Positions 9,062 to 19,811 of a stretch of DNA of 50,676 nucleotides are shown one piece after another. A program made the translations under genes and the position numbers. Each line of letters begins with the position of its first letter. Position 1 is the first letter of the stretch. Source of the stretch: Candidatus Moraniibacteriota bacterium (GTDB lineage: Bacteria > Patescibacteriota > Minisyncoccia > CAIUEV01 > JAHKAQ01); contig WJJL01000008.1 in NCBI GenBank assembly GCA_014729725.1, positions 1 to 50,676 of the forward strand. The letters run 5' to 3'. The notes beneath the pieces are model-generated. The model had not been told where the DNA came from. It worked only from the letters and a program-made list of their open reading frames with translations, and made no database searches.

Positions 9062-10894
9062 ATGGATCAGGAAAAAATCAGAAATTTTTGTATTATCGCT
9101 CATATTGATCATGGAAAATCAACTCTTTGCGACAGAATGCTGGAAATAACTAAAACAGTCAGCAGCCGTCAGCTTAAAGAACAGACGCTTGATCAAATGG
9201 AGCTTGAAAGAGAGCGGGGAATTACTATTAAACTTCAACCGGTTAGAATGAGATATAACTATCAGGGAAAAGACTGGGATCTTAACTTGATAGACACACC
9301 GGGTCATGTTGATTTTTCCTATGAGGTTTCGCGCAGCTTGGCTGCGGTGGAAGGCGCCGTTCTTTTAGTTGATGCCACTCAGGGCATTCAGGCTCAAACC
9401 CTGGCAAACTTATATTTGGCTTTAGAGCAAGATTTGTCAATTATTCCGGTAATTAATAAAATCGATTTGCCCAACGCCCAGACTCAAAAAACTCAAAATG
9501 CGCTCAAAGATCTTTTGGGGATAAATAAAGAGGAAATAATTAAAGTCTCAGCTAAAACCGGAGAAAATGTTGCTAAAGTGATAGAAGCGGTTATCGATAA
9601 AGTCGAGCCACCCAAAGGAGATCTAAAGGCGGCAGCCAGAGCTTTGATTTTTGATTCTTACTATGATTCTTATAAAGGCGTGATCGCTTATGTCAGAATG
9701 GTTGATGGTTTTTTTAATGATAAAGAGTCAATATATATAGCCGGAACTGAAAAAAAAGCGGAAATTTTAGAGCTTGGAATATTTAATCCCGCCTACATAA
9801 AAAGAAATAGTTTGCAAAGCGGAGAAATCGGGTATATTGCAACCGGCTTAAAAGAAGTCAAGGATTGCCGAGTGGGCGATACCATTATGAATTTTGATAG
9901 AAAAGAGCAAACCAAATCCTTAAAAGGTTATAAAAAAGCCAAACCAATGGTTTACGCCAGTTTTTATCCCAAAGACGGGGATCAATATAATTTGCTTCGG
10001 GATGCTTTGGACAGACTTTCTTTAAATGATGCTTCTTTTGTTTATTTTCCCGAAAGCTCCAAGGCCTTAGGGAGAGGTTTTAAAGGCGGCTTTTTAGGTT
10101 TATTGCATTTAGAGATTATTCAGGAAAGATTAAGGAGAGAATTTAATTTGGATTTGGTTTTTACCATTCCCAGTGTGGAGTATAAAGTTGAATTTAAAAA
10201 AAACAAGCTAAACAATGAACAAACAAAAGAATCTAAAGAAGGAAAGTTTTTGACCATTACCTCCCCCAGCGACCTCCCTGATCCTTCGATGATCCAATCC
10301 ATTCGGGAGCCTTTCGTAAAATTGGAAATTATCTCTATAAGTCAATATGTGGGTCCCATAATGGATTTGCTTTCCAAAAAAAGATCACTTTATAAGGATA
10401 CTTCCTATTTAGATTCTGACAGAGCTATTTTAATTTACGAAATTCCTTTGCAAGAAGTGATTACCAATCTTCACGACGCAATAAAAACGGTTTCCAAAGG
10501 ATATGCTTCCATTAATTATGAATTTTTAGATTTCCGGAGTTCTGAGTTGGTAAGATTGGACATTTTGGTGGCCCAGGAGTTAAAAGAAGAGTTGTCCAGA
10601 ATTGTTCCCAAGGAAAAAGCCAGAAGTATTGGAAAAGAAGTATTAAAAAGACTGAAAGAGACTTTGCCCAGGCAAAATTTTGCCGTGGCTTTGCAGGCGG
10701 CTATCGGGGGACGGATTATTGCCAGGGAAAATATCAGTGCTCTTAAAAAAGATGTTTTAGCTAAACTTTATGGAGGAGATCGGACCAGAAAAGATAAACT
10801 TCTTAAAAAACAAAAAAAAGGTAAAGACAGATTAAAACAATTTGCAAAAGTAGAAATTCCCGCCAACGCCTATATTGAAATTATGAAGAATTGA
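9062..10894 (+). CDS. lepA: Elongation factor 4 (LepA)
   Basis: IRNFCIIAHIDHGKSTL, DTPGHVDFSYEVSRSL, GFLGLLHLEI, YGGDRTRKDKLLKKQK. Confidence 0.97.
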   Translation: MDQEKIRNFCIIAHIDHGKSTLCDRMLEITKTVSSRQLKEQTLDQMELERERGITIKLQPVRMRYNYQGKDWDLNLIDTPGHVDFSYEVSRSLAAVEGAVLLVDATQGIQAQTLANLYLALEQDLSIIPVINKIDLPNAQTQKTQNALKDLLGINKEEIIKVSAKTGENVAKVIEAVIDKVEPPKGDLKAAARALIFDSYYDSYKGVIAYVRMVDGFFNDKESIYIAGTEKKAEILELGIFNPAYIKRNSLQSGEIGYIATGLKEVKDCRVGDTIMNFDRKEQTKSLKGYKKAKPMVYASFYPKDGDQYNLLRDALDRLSLNDASFVYFPESSKALGRGFKGGFLGLLHLEIIQERLRREFNLDLVFTIPSVEYKVEFKKNKLNNEQTKESKEGKFLTITSPSDLPDPSMIQSIREPFVKLEIISISQYVGPIMDLLSKKRSLYKDTSYLDSDRAILIYEIPLQEVITNLHDAIKTVSKGYASINYEFLDFRSSELVRLDILVAQELKEELSRIVPKEKARSIGKEVLKRLKETLPRQNFAVALQAAIGGRIIARENISALKKDVLAKLYGGDRTRKDKLLKKQKKGKDRLKQFAKVEIPANAYIEIMKN

Positions 10895-10916
10895 TTAGAG
10901 CTACAACGGGAATTTT

Positions 10917-10946
10917 AAAAAGCTACTCGGGCTTTTTATTTTTTTT
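10917..10946 (+). terminator. Weak terminator-like hairpin after lepA
   Basis: AAAAAGC-tactcgg-GCTTTTT followed by T-run. Confidence 0.35.
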
Positions 10947-11015
10947 GTCCGGTCAATTGATTTTATTAATTTTTAATTGGCAAATTCGTATTAATTATTT
11001 TAAAAGGAATTAACA

Positions 11016-12104
11016 ATGGAAAAACCTCAAAGATTTAAAAAAAATATCTTGCAATTGGAAAAGGAATTTTATGATTATGCCGCTAAAAAAGGTTTGGATA
11101 AAGCTAAATTGATTCAAATTCAAGATCAGATTTCCAAAATTCAAAAAAAGATGGGCGGTAGCGATTTTTGGCAAAAGGATCAAGCTTTTATTAAAAGTAC
11201 CAGCGAAAAACTCGGGGAGCTAAAAGCTCAGTATCAGGATATATTAAAAATTAAAAGCGGGATTGATGATTTGTTGGAATTCGCGGAAATGCTTGATGAT
11301 CCAAAAATTTACCAGGAAGCTTCCGACCAGTTTAATAAGCTAAAAAAGAGTTTTATTTCTTTTAAAAAACAAGGATTTAGCCATAAATATGATGCCTCCA
11401 ACGCTATTATTCAAATTACTGCTGGAGCAGGTGGGGTGGATGCTCAGGATTGGAGCGAAATGTTGTTAAATATGTATTTAAAATTTAATGAAAAAAATAA
11501 CTTTAAATCGGAAATCATTTCTATTTCTCAGGGAACTCAAGCGGGAATCAAAACAGTGGTCCTTAAAGTCAAGGGAAGAAACGCTTATAAGCAATTAAAA
11601 TCAGAGCAGGGAGTGCATCGCTTAGTCAGACTTTCTCCTTTTAACGCTGATAACCTTAGGCAAACCTCATTTGCCTTGGTGGAGGTGGTTCCACAGATTA
11701 ATCAAAAGGAAGTGGAGATTAAGGACGCTGATTTAAAAATTGACACTTTTCGGGCTAAGGGAGCCGGGGGTCAGCATGTTAACACAACGGATTCAGCGGT
11801 TCGAATAACGCACTTGCCCACCGGAATTGTAGTAAGCTGTCAAAATCAGAGAAGCCAGCTTCAAAACAAGGAAGAGGCCAAAAAGGTATTAGCCTCCAAA
11901 TTGTATCAATTAAGAGAAAGCAAAAAACAAGAAAAAGTACAGGAAATCAAGGGAGATCTTAAAAAGGCTGAATGGGGAAATCAAATTCGTTCTTATATTC
12001 TTCATCCTTATAAAATGGTAAAAGATCATAAAAGCGGGTTAAAAAAATCAAAAGTGGAGGAAGTATTAAACGGTAATTTGGAAATAATTAAAAATAACTC
12101 TTAA
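11016..12104 (+). CDS. prfB: Peptide chain release factor 2, single uninterrupted frame
   Basis: GAGGVDAQDW, GVHRLVRLSPF (SPF = RF2 specificity), GGQ, WGNQIRSY. Confidence 0.95.
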   Translation: MEKPQRFKKNILQLEKEFYDYAAKKGLDKAKLIQIQDQISKIQKKMGGSDFWQKDQAFIKSTSEKLGELKAQYQDILKIKSGIDDLLEFAEMLDDPKIYQEASDQFNKLKKSFISFKKQGFSHKYDASNAIIQITAGAGGVDAQDWSEMLLNMYLKFNEKNNFKSEIISISQGTQAGIKTVVLKVKGRNAYKQLKSEQGVHRLVRLSPFNADNLRQTSFALVEVVPQINQKEVEIKDADLKIDTFRAKGAGGQHVNTTDSAVRITHLPTGIVVSCQNQRSQLQNKEEAKKVLASKLYQLRESKKQEKVQEIKGDLKKAEWGNQIRSYILHPYKMVKDHKSGLKKSKVEEVLNGNLEIIKNNS

Positions 12105-12125
12105 ATTTTTTCAGAAGTTGTTTAA

Positions 12126-12154
12126 TTGATGAATATTAAATTTTATATTACTAT
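12126..12154 (+). promoter_or_regulatory. Putative sigma70 promoter for ftsEX
   Basis: TTGATG-N17-TACTAT. Confidence 0.35.
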
Positions 12155-12239
12155 ATGACTAGGTTAATTTATCAATCCAAAGTAAGTAATTTGCATTGAT
12201 TGGTTTTTGATTTTAAAAGATAAAATTAATATAAAAATA

Positions 12240-12920
12240 ATGATAGAATATCGCGATGTTAGCAAATTATACAGCGAGGAGAATATCGCTTTAATTGAAG
12301 TGAATATAAAAATTAAATCCGGAGAATTTGTTTCTATTGTGGGACAAAGCGGTATGGGTAAATCTTCGCTTTTAAAGCTTTTAACCTTGGAAGAAAGGCC
12401 TACCGAAGGAAGAGTAATTTTTAACGGGGTGGATTTAAATGAAATTACCAAAAAAGAGATCCCCATTCATAGAAGACGGATTGGGGTTATTTTTCAGGAT
12501 TTTAAGCTACTGCCTCAAAGAACCGCTTTTGAAAATGTTTCTTTTGCTTTGGAAGTGGCCGGAGAAAAGCCTTCAAAAATCAAAAAAAGCGTGTCTCAAA
12601 TTTTGGATATCGTGGGATTAAGCGATAAATTTAAAGCTTACCCTGTTCAATTATCCGGTGGGGAACAACAAAGAGTAGCTATCGCAAGGGCTTTGGTAAA
12701 TCATCCGGAAGTTTTGATCGCGGATGAACCTACCGGTAATTTGGATGTTATAAATGGCAGAGAAATTATTGATTTGCTTTTAAAAATAAACGAATTGGGA
12801 ACCACTATAATTCTGGCCACTCATGATAAGGAGACGGTTAATCGAATCAATAAAAGAGTTATTGTTATGGATGAAGGAAGAGTGATTAGAGATCAGGCAA
12901 AGGGAAAATATATGATTTAA
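12240..12920 (+). CDS. ftsE: Cell division ATP-binding protein FtsE (ATG 12240 preferred over TTG 12207)
   Basis: Walker A GQSGMGKS, IGVIFQDFKLL, LSGGEQQRVAIARA, ADEPTGNLD; directly upstream of ftsX. Confidence 0.9.
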   Translation: MIEYRDVSKLYSEENIALIEVNIKIKSGEFVSIVGQSGMGKSSLLKLLTLEERPTEGRVIFNGVDLNEITKKEIPIHRRRIGVIFQDFKLLPQRTAFENVSFALEVAGEKPSKIKKSVSQILDIVGLSDKFKAYPVQLSGGEQQRVAIARALVNHPEVLIADEPTGNLDVINGREIIDLLLKINELGTTIILATHDKETVNRINKRVIVMDEGRVIRDQAKGKYMI

Positions 12921-12933
12921 TTTTAAATACATT

Positions 12934-13845
12934 ATGTTAAGATTAAGTATAATCAGAGCAATAAAATCGGGGGTTAATAATTTTTTCAGAAACGGCTGGT
13001 TGAGCATAACTTCTGTTAGTGTTGTTTCTTTAACTTTGTTTGTTATCAGTTTTTTAATGTCAATTGTCTTTGTCTCCAATAAGCTTTTTACTGAAATTCG
13101 AAATAAAATTGGGGTAAATGTTTATTTAAATGAGAAAGCTGATAAAGAAATTGCGTCTCAAATGATGGAGGAGATCAGTTTAATGGGAGGAGTTACAGAA
13201 GTGGAGTATACCGATAAAAAAGAGGCCTTGACTTCCTTCAAACAAAAAGTTAAGGAAAACGATATTATTATTCAGGCTATTGATGAGTTAAGGGAAAATC
13301 CACTGGAGGATTTTATAAGTATTAAGGTAAAAGATCCCAGAAAATATGAAATTATTGAAGGCAAGCTAATAACAGGAGAATTTAAGGATTATATTTTAAA
13401 AGTTGATTATTCCGAACATAAAACAGAAATCAATAATTTGGACAAAATATTGAGCTCGGTTACAAAAGCCGGACTGATATTAATAGTTTTTTTGGTTTTT
13501 GTGGCAGTAATGGTGGTTTTAAATTCCATTCGTTTAACAATGTACACTCATAAAATTGAAATCGAGATTATGAGGTTGGTAGGGGCTGGTAATTGGTTTA
13601 TAAAACTTCCATTTATTACGGAAGGAGCTCTTTATGGTTTGGCGGCCTCCATTTTAGTAACTTTATCATTATATCCCTTAGCTATTCTTTTGGCTTCTGC
13701 CTTGGAAAACTCCGGCTTGCAGCTAAATCCGATTTTATTGTTAAACCAGACAATCATATTCGCTTTCTTAATTCATTTGTTGATCGGAATTGCTCTGGGG
13801 ATTTTCAGTAGTTATGTTGCAATTCAAAGATATTTAAGGATATAA
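12934..13845 (+). CDS. ftsX: Cell division permease FtsX
   Basis: FFRNGWLS, 4 TM with extracellular loop (ENPL), NSIRLT...EIEIMRLVGA..WFIKLPFITEG. Confidence 0.92.
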   Translation: MLRLSIIRAIKSGVNNFFRNGWLSITSVSVVSLTLFVISFLMSIVFVSNKLFTEIRNKIGVNVYLNEKADKEIASQMMEEISLMGGVTEVEYTDKKEALTSFKQKVKENDIIIQAIDELRENPLEDFISIKVKDPRKYEIIEGKLITGEFKDYILKVDYSEHKTEINNLDKILSSVTKAGLILIVFLVFVAVMVVLNSIRLTMYTHKIEIEIMRLVGAGNWFIKLPFITEGALYGLAASILVTLSLYPLAILLASALENSGLQLNPILLLNQTIIFAFLIHLLIGIALGIFSSYVAIQRYLRI

Positions 13846-13900
13846 TTAATTTGAATGAAATTGCCAAAGCCCTGTTTTTAAATCCGAATTAATATTTTAT

Positions 13901-14758
13901 ATGTTTGAACAAATAATCCCTCCGGCTTTAATGATAATTTCAGCCGCCGCAATAATTTATATTTTCGGCCGGAGAATTCCTGATTCTTATAAAAATTTTA
14001 AAAAAGAGACTAAAGATGATGAAAATTTGCAAAAAGCCGATTCTAAAAGTTTCAAAGAAAAACTGGTTGATATTTTGGAAAAGATATTAAGAAAATTAAA
14101 AATTATTATTTTAAAGAGCGATGCCCGCTTGATGCAGCTTATTAGGAGTATTCAGGATAGAAAGAAAAACAGCACCAATACTAAATCAGTTAAATTTACC
14201 AAAGATCAGCAGGAATCTATTTTAAGTATTGAGGAAAAAAACGGACAAGATGATAAGGAAAAAGGAGAAAAGAGCTTTCTTCAAAAAGCCAAAGATAGAT
14301 TTTCCAAACAAAAAGAACCTGTTAATTTTGAGATTTCCAAAGAGGAATTTTCCCCAAAGCAAAGCGATGGAGAAGAGGAGCTGCAGAAAAAAGATAAAAC
14401 CCCTATCCTGGAGAGGATGAATGAACTTAGAGAAAAACTTAACATCAAAAAAGAGGAGGAAAAGAAACCCCAAACCAAAAGTAAGAAAAAGATTGTCAAA
14501 AAACAAAAAACCGCTGAGCGTACCATTGATTTGGAAGAGGCTAGACAAGTTATGTTTGAAAGAGAAGAGGAATCTTTAATTAAAAGAATTTCCTCTAATC
14601 CCAAAGACGATAATAGCTATGTTGAATTAGGCAAGCTTTATTTGAAAGCTGATAATCTCGATGATGCCATAGCTTCTTTTAATCAAGCTTTAAAAATAAA
14701 TAAAGGCAACATTTCAGCCAAGAAGTTTTTAAAAGAAATTAAAAAAGAAATGGGATAA
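13901..14758 (+). CDS. Membrane-anchored protein with charged linker and C-terminal TPR
   Basis: N-terminal TM helix; K/E-rich middle; NPKDDNSYVELGKLYLKADNLDDAIASFNQALKINKGN TPR. Confidence 0.75.
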   Translation: MFEQIIPPALMIISAAAIIYIFGRRIPDSYKNFKKETKDDENLQKADSKSFKEKLVDILEKILRKLKIIILKSDARLMQLIRSIQDRKKNSTNTKSVKFTKDQQESILSIEEKNGQDDKEKGEKSFLQKAKDRFSKQKEPVNFEISKEEFSPKQSDGEEELQKKDKTPILERMNELREKLNIKKEEEKKPQTKSKKKIVKKQKTAERTIDLEEARQVMFEREEESLIKRISSNPKDDNSYVELGKLYLKADNLDDAIASFNQALKINKGNISAKKFLKEIKKEMG

Positions 14759-14866
14759 ATTCTTAATTTTCCCATTTAAGAATTTTATTTATAATTGTAT
14801 TGCCTAAAACAAAAAAAACTATTATAAAATATAGGAATTGTTTGTTTGGAAAAATTTTTAAACTAG

Positions 14867-14939
14867 GCCGATGTAGCTCAGTTGGCAGAGCAACGCCATG
14901 GTAAGGCGTAGGCCCGCGGTTCAAATCCGCGCATCGGCT
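14867..14939 (+). tRNA. tRNA-Thr(GGT)
   Basis: GCCGATG/CATCGGC acceptor stem, ACGCC-ATGGTAA-GGCGT anticodon arm, CGCGG-TTCAAAT-CCGCG T arm; CCA not encoded. Confidence 0.95.
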
Positions 14940-15083
14940 CAAACACTTGTTTTTTAATTGTTTTTATGGTATTTTATTTTAGTTAAGATCTATAAAAAAG
15001 ATTAACAGGATTAATGCTCAGGCATTAAAGTCTAGAAGGGACTTAAACTCCTTTATTTAATTTTTTAAACTAACAGGACTTAG

Positions 15084-15161
15084 GCGCTTGGTAAATTTTT
15101 AGATAAAATATTGCTGCTTTTTCCATATCCGCCTTTGGCGGGTAAAATTTTCCTTAAGTGT
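15084..15161 (+). promoter_or_regulatory. Candidate structured leader element upstream of rpsB-tsf (copy 1 of shared motif)
   Basis: CGCCTTTGGCGGGTAAAA at 15130-15147, identical to 35774-35791; enclosed by a GCGCTT...AAGTGT stem. Confidence 0.55.
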
Positions 15162-15221
15162 GCAAGCTCTGATTTAGTATATTTAATTTAGAATATTTAG
15201 AATATTTAAATCAAATAGAAT

Positions 15222-16007
15222 ATGAATTCAACTAAAAATGAATCTCAAACGAAAAATAAACAACAGCAAGGTAAGAGCGCTGATGAAAAGGAAAGTCAAG
15301 TCTTAAAGATGATAGAATCTTTTAAAGACAAGGATGAAATAACGATTGAACAAATGCTAAAAAAAGGGGTTCATTTAGGACACAAAAAAGGAAAATGGAA
15401 CCCTAAAATGAGAGATTTTATTTTAACAGTCAAACAAGGCATTCATATTATTGATTTAAACAAGACCAAAAAGAGTCTGGAGGAAGCGACTGATTTTTTA
15501 AAGTCAAAACTGGCCGGAGGTAATAAACAAGTTTTATTTGTAAGTACGAAAAGAGAAACTCGCGATTTAGTAACTCAAATTGCTCAATATTGTCAGATGC
15601 CTTATGTGGTAGAGCGTTGGATTGGAGGGGTTTTAACTAATTTTAAAACTATAAGGAGGAGAGTGGAAAAGTTAATGGCAATTGAAGAATTGCAGGAAAA
15701 AGGAGAGTTAAAGAAATACACAAAAAAAGAACAGGCTGCCTTTAAAGAAAAAATTGAAAAATTCAATAAGAAGATGGGCGGAATTAAAAATATGAAGGGC
15801 TTGCCGGAAGTAGTTATCGTTGTAGATTTAGTTGCCGATGAGTTGGCGCTTAAAGAAGCCAAAAGAATGAATATTCCGGTGGTGGCCATAGTGGACACTA
15901 ATGCTGATCCTGAAAAGGTGGATCATGCTATTGTTGCCAATGATGATGCATTAAGCTCGCTTAGGTTGATTTTATCTTTTATAGCTTCTAAAATAAAAAA
16001 TTTCTGA
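15222..16007 (+). CDS. rpsB: 30S ribosomal protein S2 (with polar N-terminal extension)
   Basis: GVHLGH...WNPKM, GIHIIDL, RWIGGVLTNF, VDTNADP, ANDDA. Confidence 0.96.
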   Translation: MNSTKNESQTKNKQQQGKSADEKESQVLKMIESFKDKDEITIEQMLKKGVHLGHKKGKWNPKMRDFILTVKQGIHIIDLNKTKKSLEEATDFLKSKLAGGNKQVLFVSTKRETRDLVTQIAQYCQMPYVVERWIGGVLTNFKTIRRRVEKLMAIEELQEKGELKKYTKKEQAAFKEKIEKFNKKMGGIKNMKGLPEVVIVVDLVADELALKEAKRMNIPVVAIVDTNADPEKVDHAIVANDDALSSLRLILSFIASKIKNF

Positions 16008-16191
16008 AAAACAAGGCAAGATAACGAAATTTTCATTTTTTGAAATTATACAAATTTTGTTTCAAACCAAATTTTTTCACCTAGAAACTTATTATTTTAT
16101 CGATGGCTTAATTTAGTTAGATTAATCCCTTGAATAAAATATGTAATTAACGCTACTAATTTTTATTAAGTAAATTAAACATTAGCTTGTC

Positions 16192-16779
16192 ATGAAAATA
16201 GATTCAAAAAAAATCAAACAATTAAGAGATAGAACCGGAGTAAGTATTATGAAATGCAAAGATGCTTTAAAAAAGGCTCAGGGTGATATGGAAAAAGCTG
16301 TTTTAGAGCTTAGAAAAACAGGAGAGTCAAGCGCGGCTAAAAAAAGTCAAAGACAAACGCAGGAAGGGGCGATTGCTTCCTATATTCACAACAATAACAA
16401 AGTCGGATCCATGGTTGCTCTTTATTGCGAAACCGATTTTGTAGCTAAAAATCAGGAATTTATAAATCTGGCCAGAGATATTGCCATGCAAGTGGCCGCC
16501 TCTGATCCAAGATTTTTAGAACCTGATAAAATCCCCCAAAAAGTGATTGATCAGGAAAAAGAAATTCAAAAAGAAACTTTAAAAAAAGATCAAAAACCCG
16601 AAGAAATAAAGGAAAAAATTGTTCAAGGAAAATTGGAAAAATTCAAAAAAGAAAATTCTCTTTTAACCCAGCAATTTATAAAAGATCCAAATATTACAAT
16701 CGAGGAGCTTATAAATCAACATATTGCAAAACTGGGGGAAAACATAAAAATCGGAGAATTTAGCCGTTTTGCAATTTAA
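16192..16779 (+). CDS. tsf: Elongation factor Ts (short form)
   Basis: IKQLRDRTG..IMKCKDAL, CETDFVA, DIAMQVAA, LGENIKI..FSRF. Confidence 0.95.
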   Translation: MKIDSKKIKQLRDRTGVSIMKCKDALKKAQGDMEKAVLELRKTGESSAAKKSQRQTQEGAIASYIHNNNKVGSMVALYCETDFVAKNQEFINLARDIAMQVAASDPRFLEPDKIPQKVIDQEKEIQKETLKKDQKPEEIKEKIVQGKLEKFKKENSLLTQQFIKDPNITIEELINQHIAKLGENIKIGEFSRFAI

Positions 16780-16855
16780 GGGCTGGCGTTATGATTAGTT
16801 TAGATTGATTTGTTGAAAAAAAGTAATTAACGCCAAGCATAATTTAAATCTATAG

Positions 16856-18883
<2,028 letters not shown>

Positions 18884-19118
18884 ATTTCAAATCTATTTTA
18901 AAATATAAACAGCGTCACTTTAATAAATAATCCAAAAACTGTTTTTCATTTCTATTGTTTTTGAATATTTCGTGCTTGATAGATTTGTGTTAATAATGGT
19001 TTTGTTGTAAATTATTAGTAATTGAGTTTAAAATTTTACGGATAAATTGAAGTTTAAAATTTTTAACAATATATTTTTATCAAGGCTTTAGGAAAAGCTA
19101 AATAGTTAAGGTTTTAAA

Positions 19119-19694
19119 ATGCCAAAAACAAAAAGATCATTTTTAGAAAAACTTATTGGAAAGAGCGAGGAAGAGGATTTTAGCAGACAAGATATAGAAT
19201 TTGAACAAATGGAAACCTCGGGTCAGGATTCTGCGGAAATAGAAAATGATGTTGCAATAAGAAGCGATAACTTTAGCTCTCAAAACAATCAAGAGCCCGG
19301 AGAGGAGCGCTATTTGGAAAATAACCAAGAAGAAGGGGGAAGCGCTGATTGGTCAAGCGATCAGGAAGGTCAATTAACCATTGATGTGTATCAAACGGAT
19401 ACTGAGATAATTATTAAATCCACCATTGCCGGGGTAAAGCCTCAGGATTTGGATGTTCAAATTAATAACGATATGGTGACAATCAGAGGAGAGAGAAAAA
19501 AGGAAGAAAACATAAATGAAGAGGATTATTATTACCAAGAATGTTATTGGGGTTCTTTTTCCAGATCTATTATTTTGCCGGTTGATGTTCAGGCCGCTAA
19601 AGCCGAGGCAACTATGAAGGATGGGATTTTAACCATTAAACTTCCCAAATCCAGCTCCGCTCAATCAAGAAAAATTCAGGTAAGAGGATTTTAG
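19119..19694 (+). CDS. Small heat shock protein Hsp20 with acidic N-terminal extension
   Basis: IDVYQT..IAGVKPQDLDV..VTIRGER..ECYWGSFSRSIILP..A.MKDGILTIKLPK alpha-crystallin domain. Confidence 0.9.
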   Translation: MPKTKRSFLEKLIGKSEEEDFSRQDIEFEQMETSGQDSAEIENDVAIRSDNFSSQNNQEPGEERYLENNQEEGGSADWSSDQEGQLTIDVYQTDTEIIIKSTIAGVKPQDLDVQINNDMVTIRGERKKEENINEEDYYYQECYWGSFSRSIILPVDVQAAKAEATMKDGILTIKLPKSSSAQSRKIQVRGF

Positions 19695-19811
19695 ATTCCT
19701 CCCTGCTCCTTATACGATAAACTGAAATTTAATGGTAAAAAGGGATGTTTACTTGAATTAAGTCAGGGAAATCGAAATCAAAACTGGTAATTGGTACTTG
19801 GATAAAAAAAC

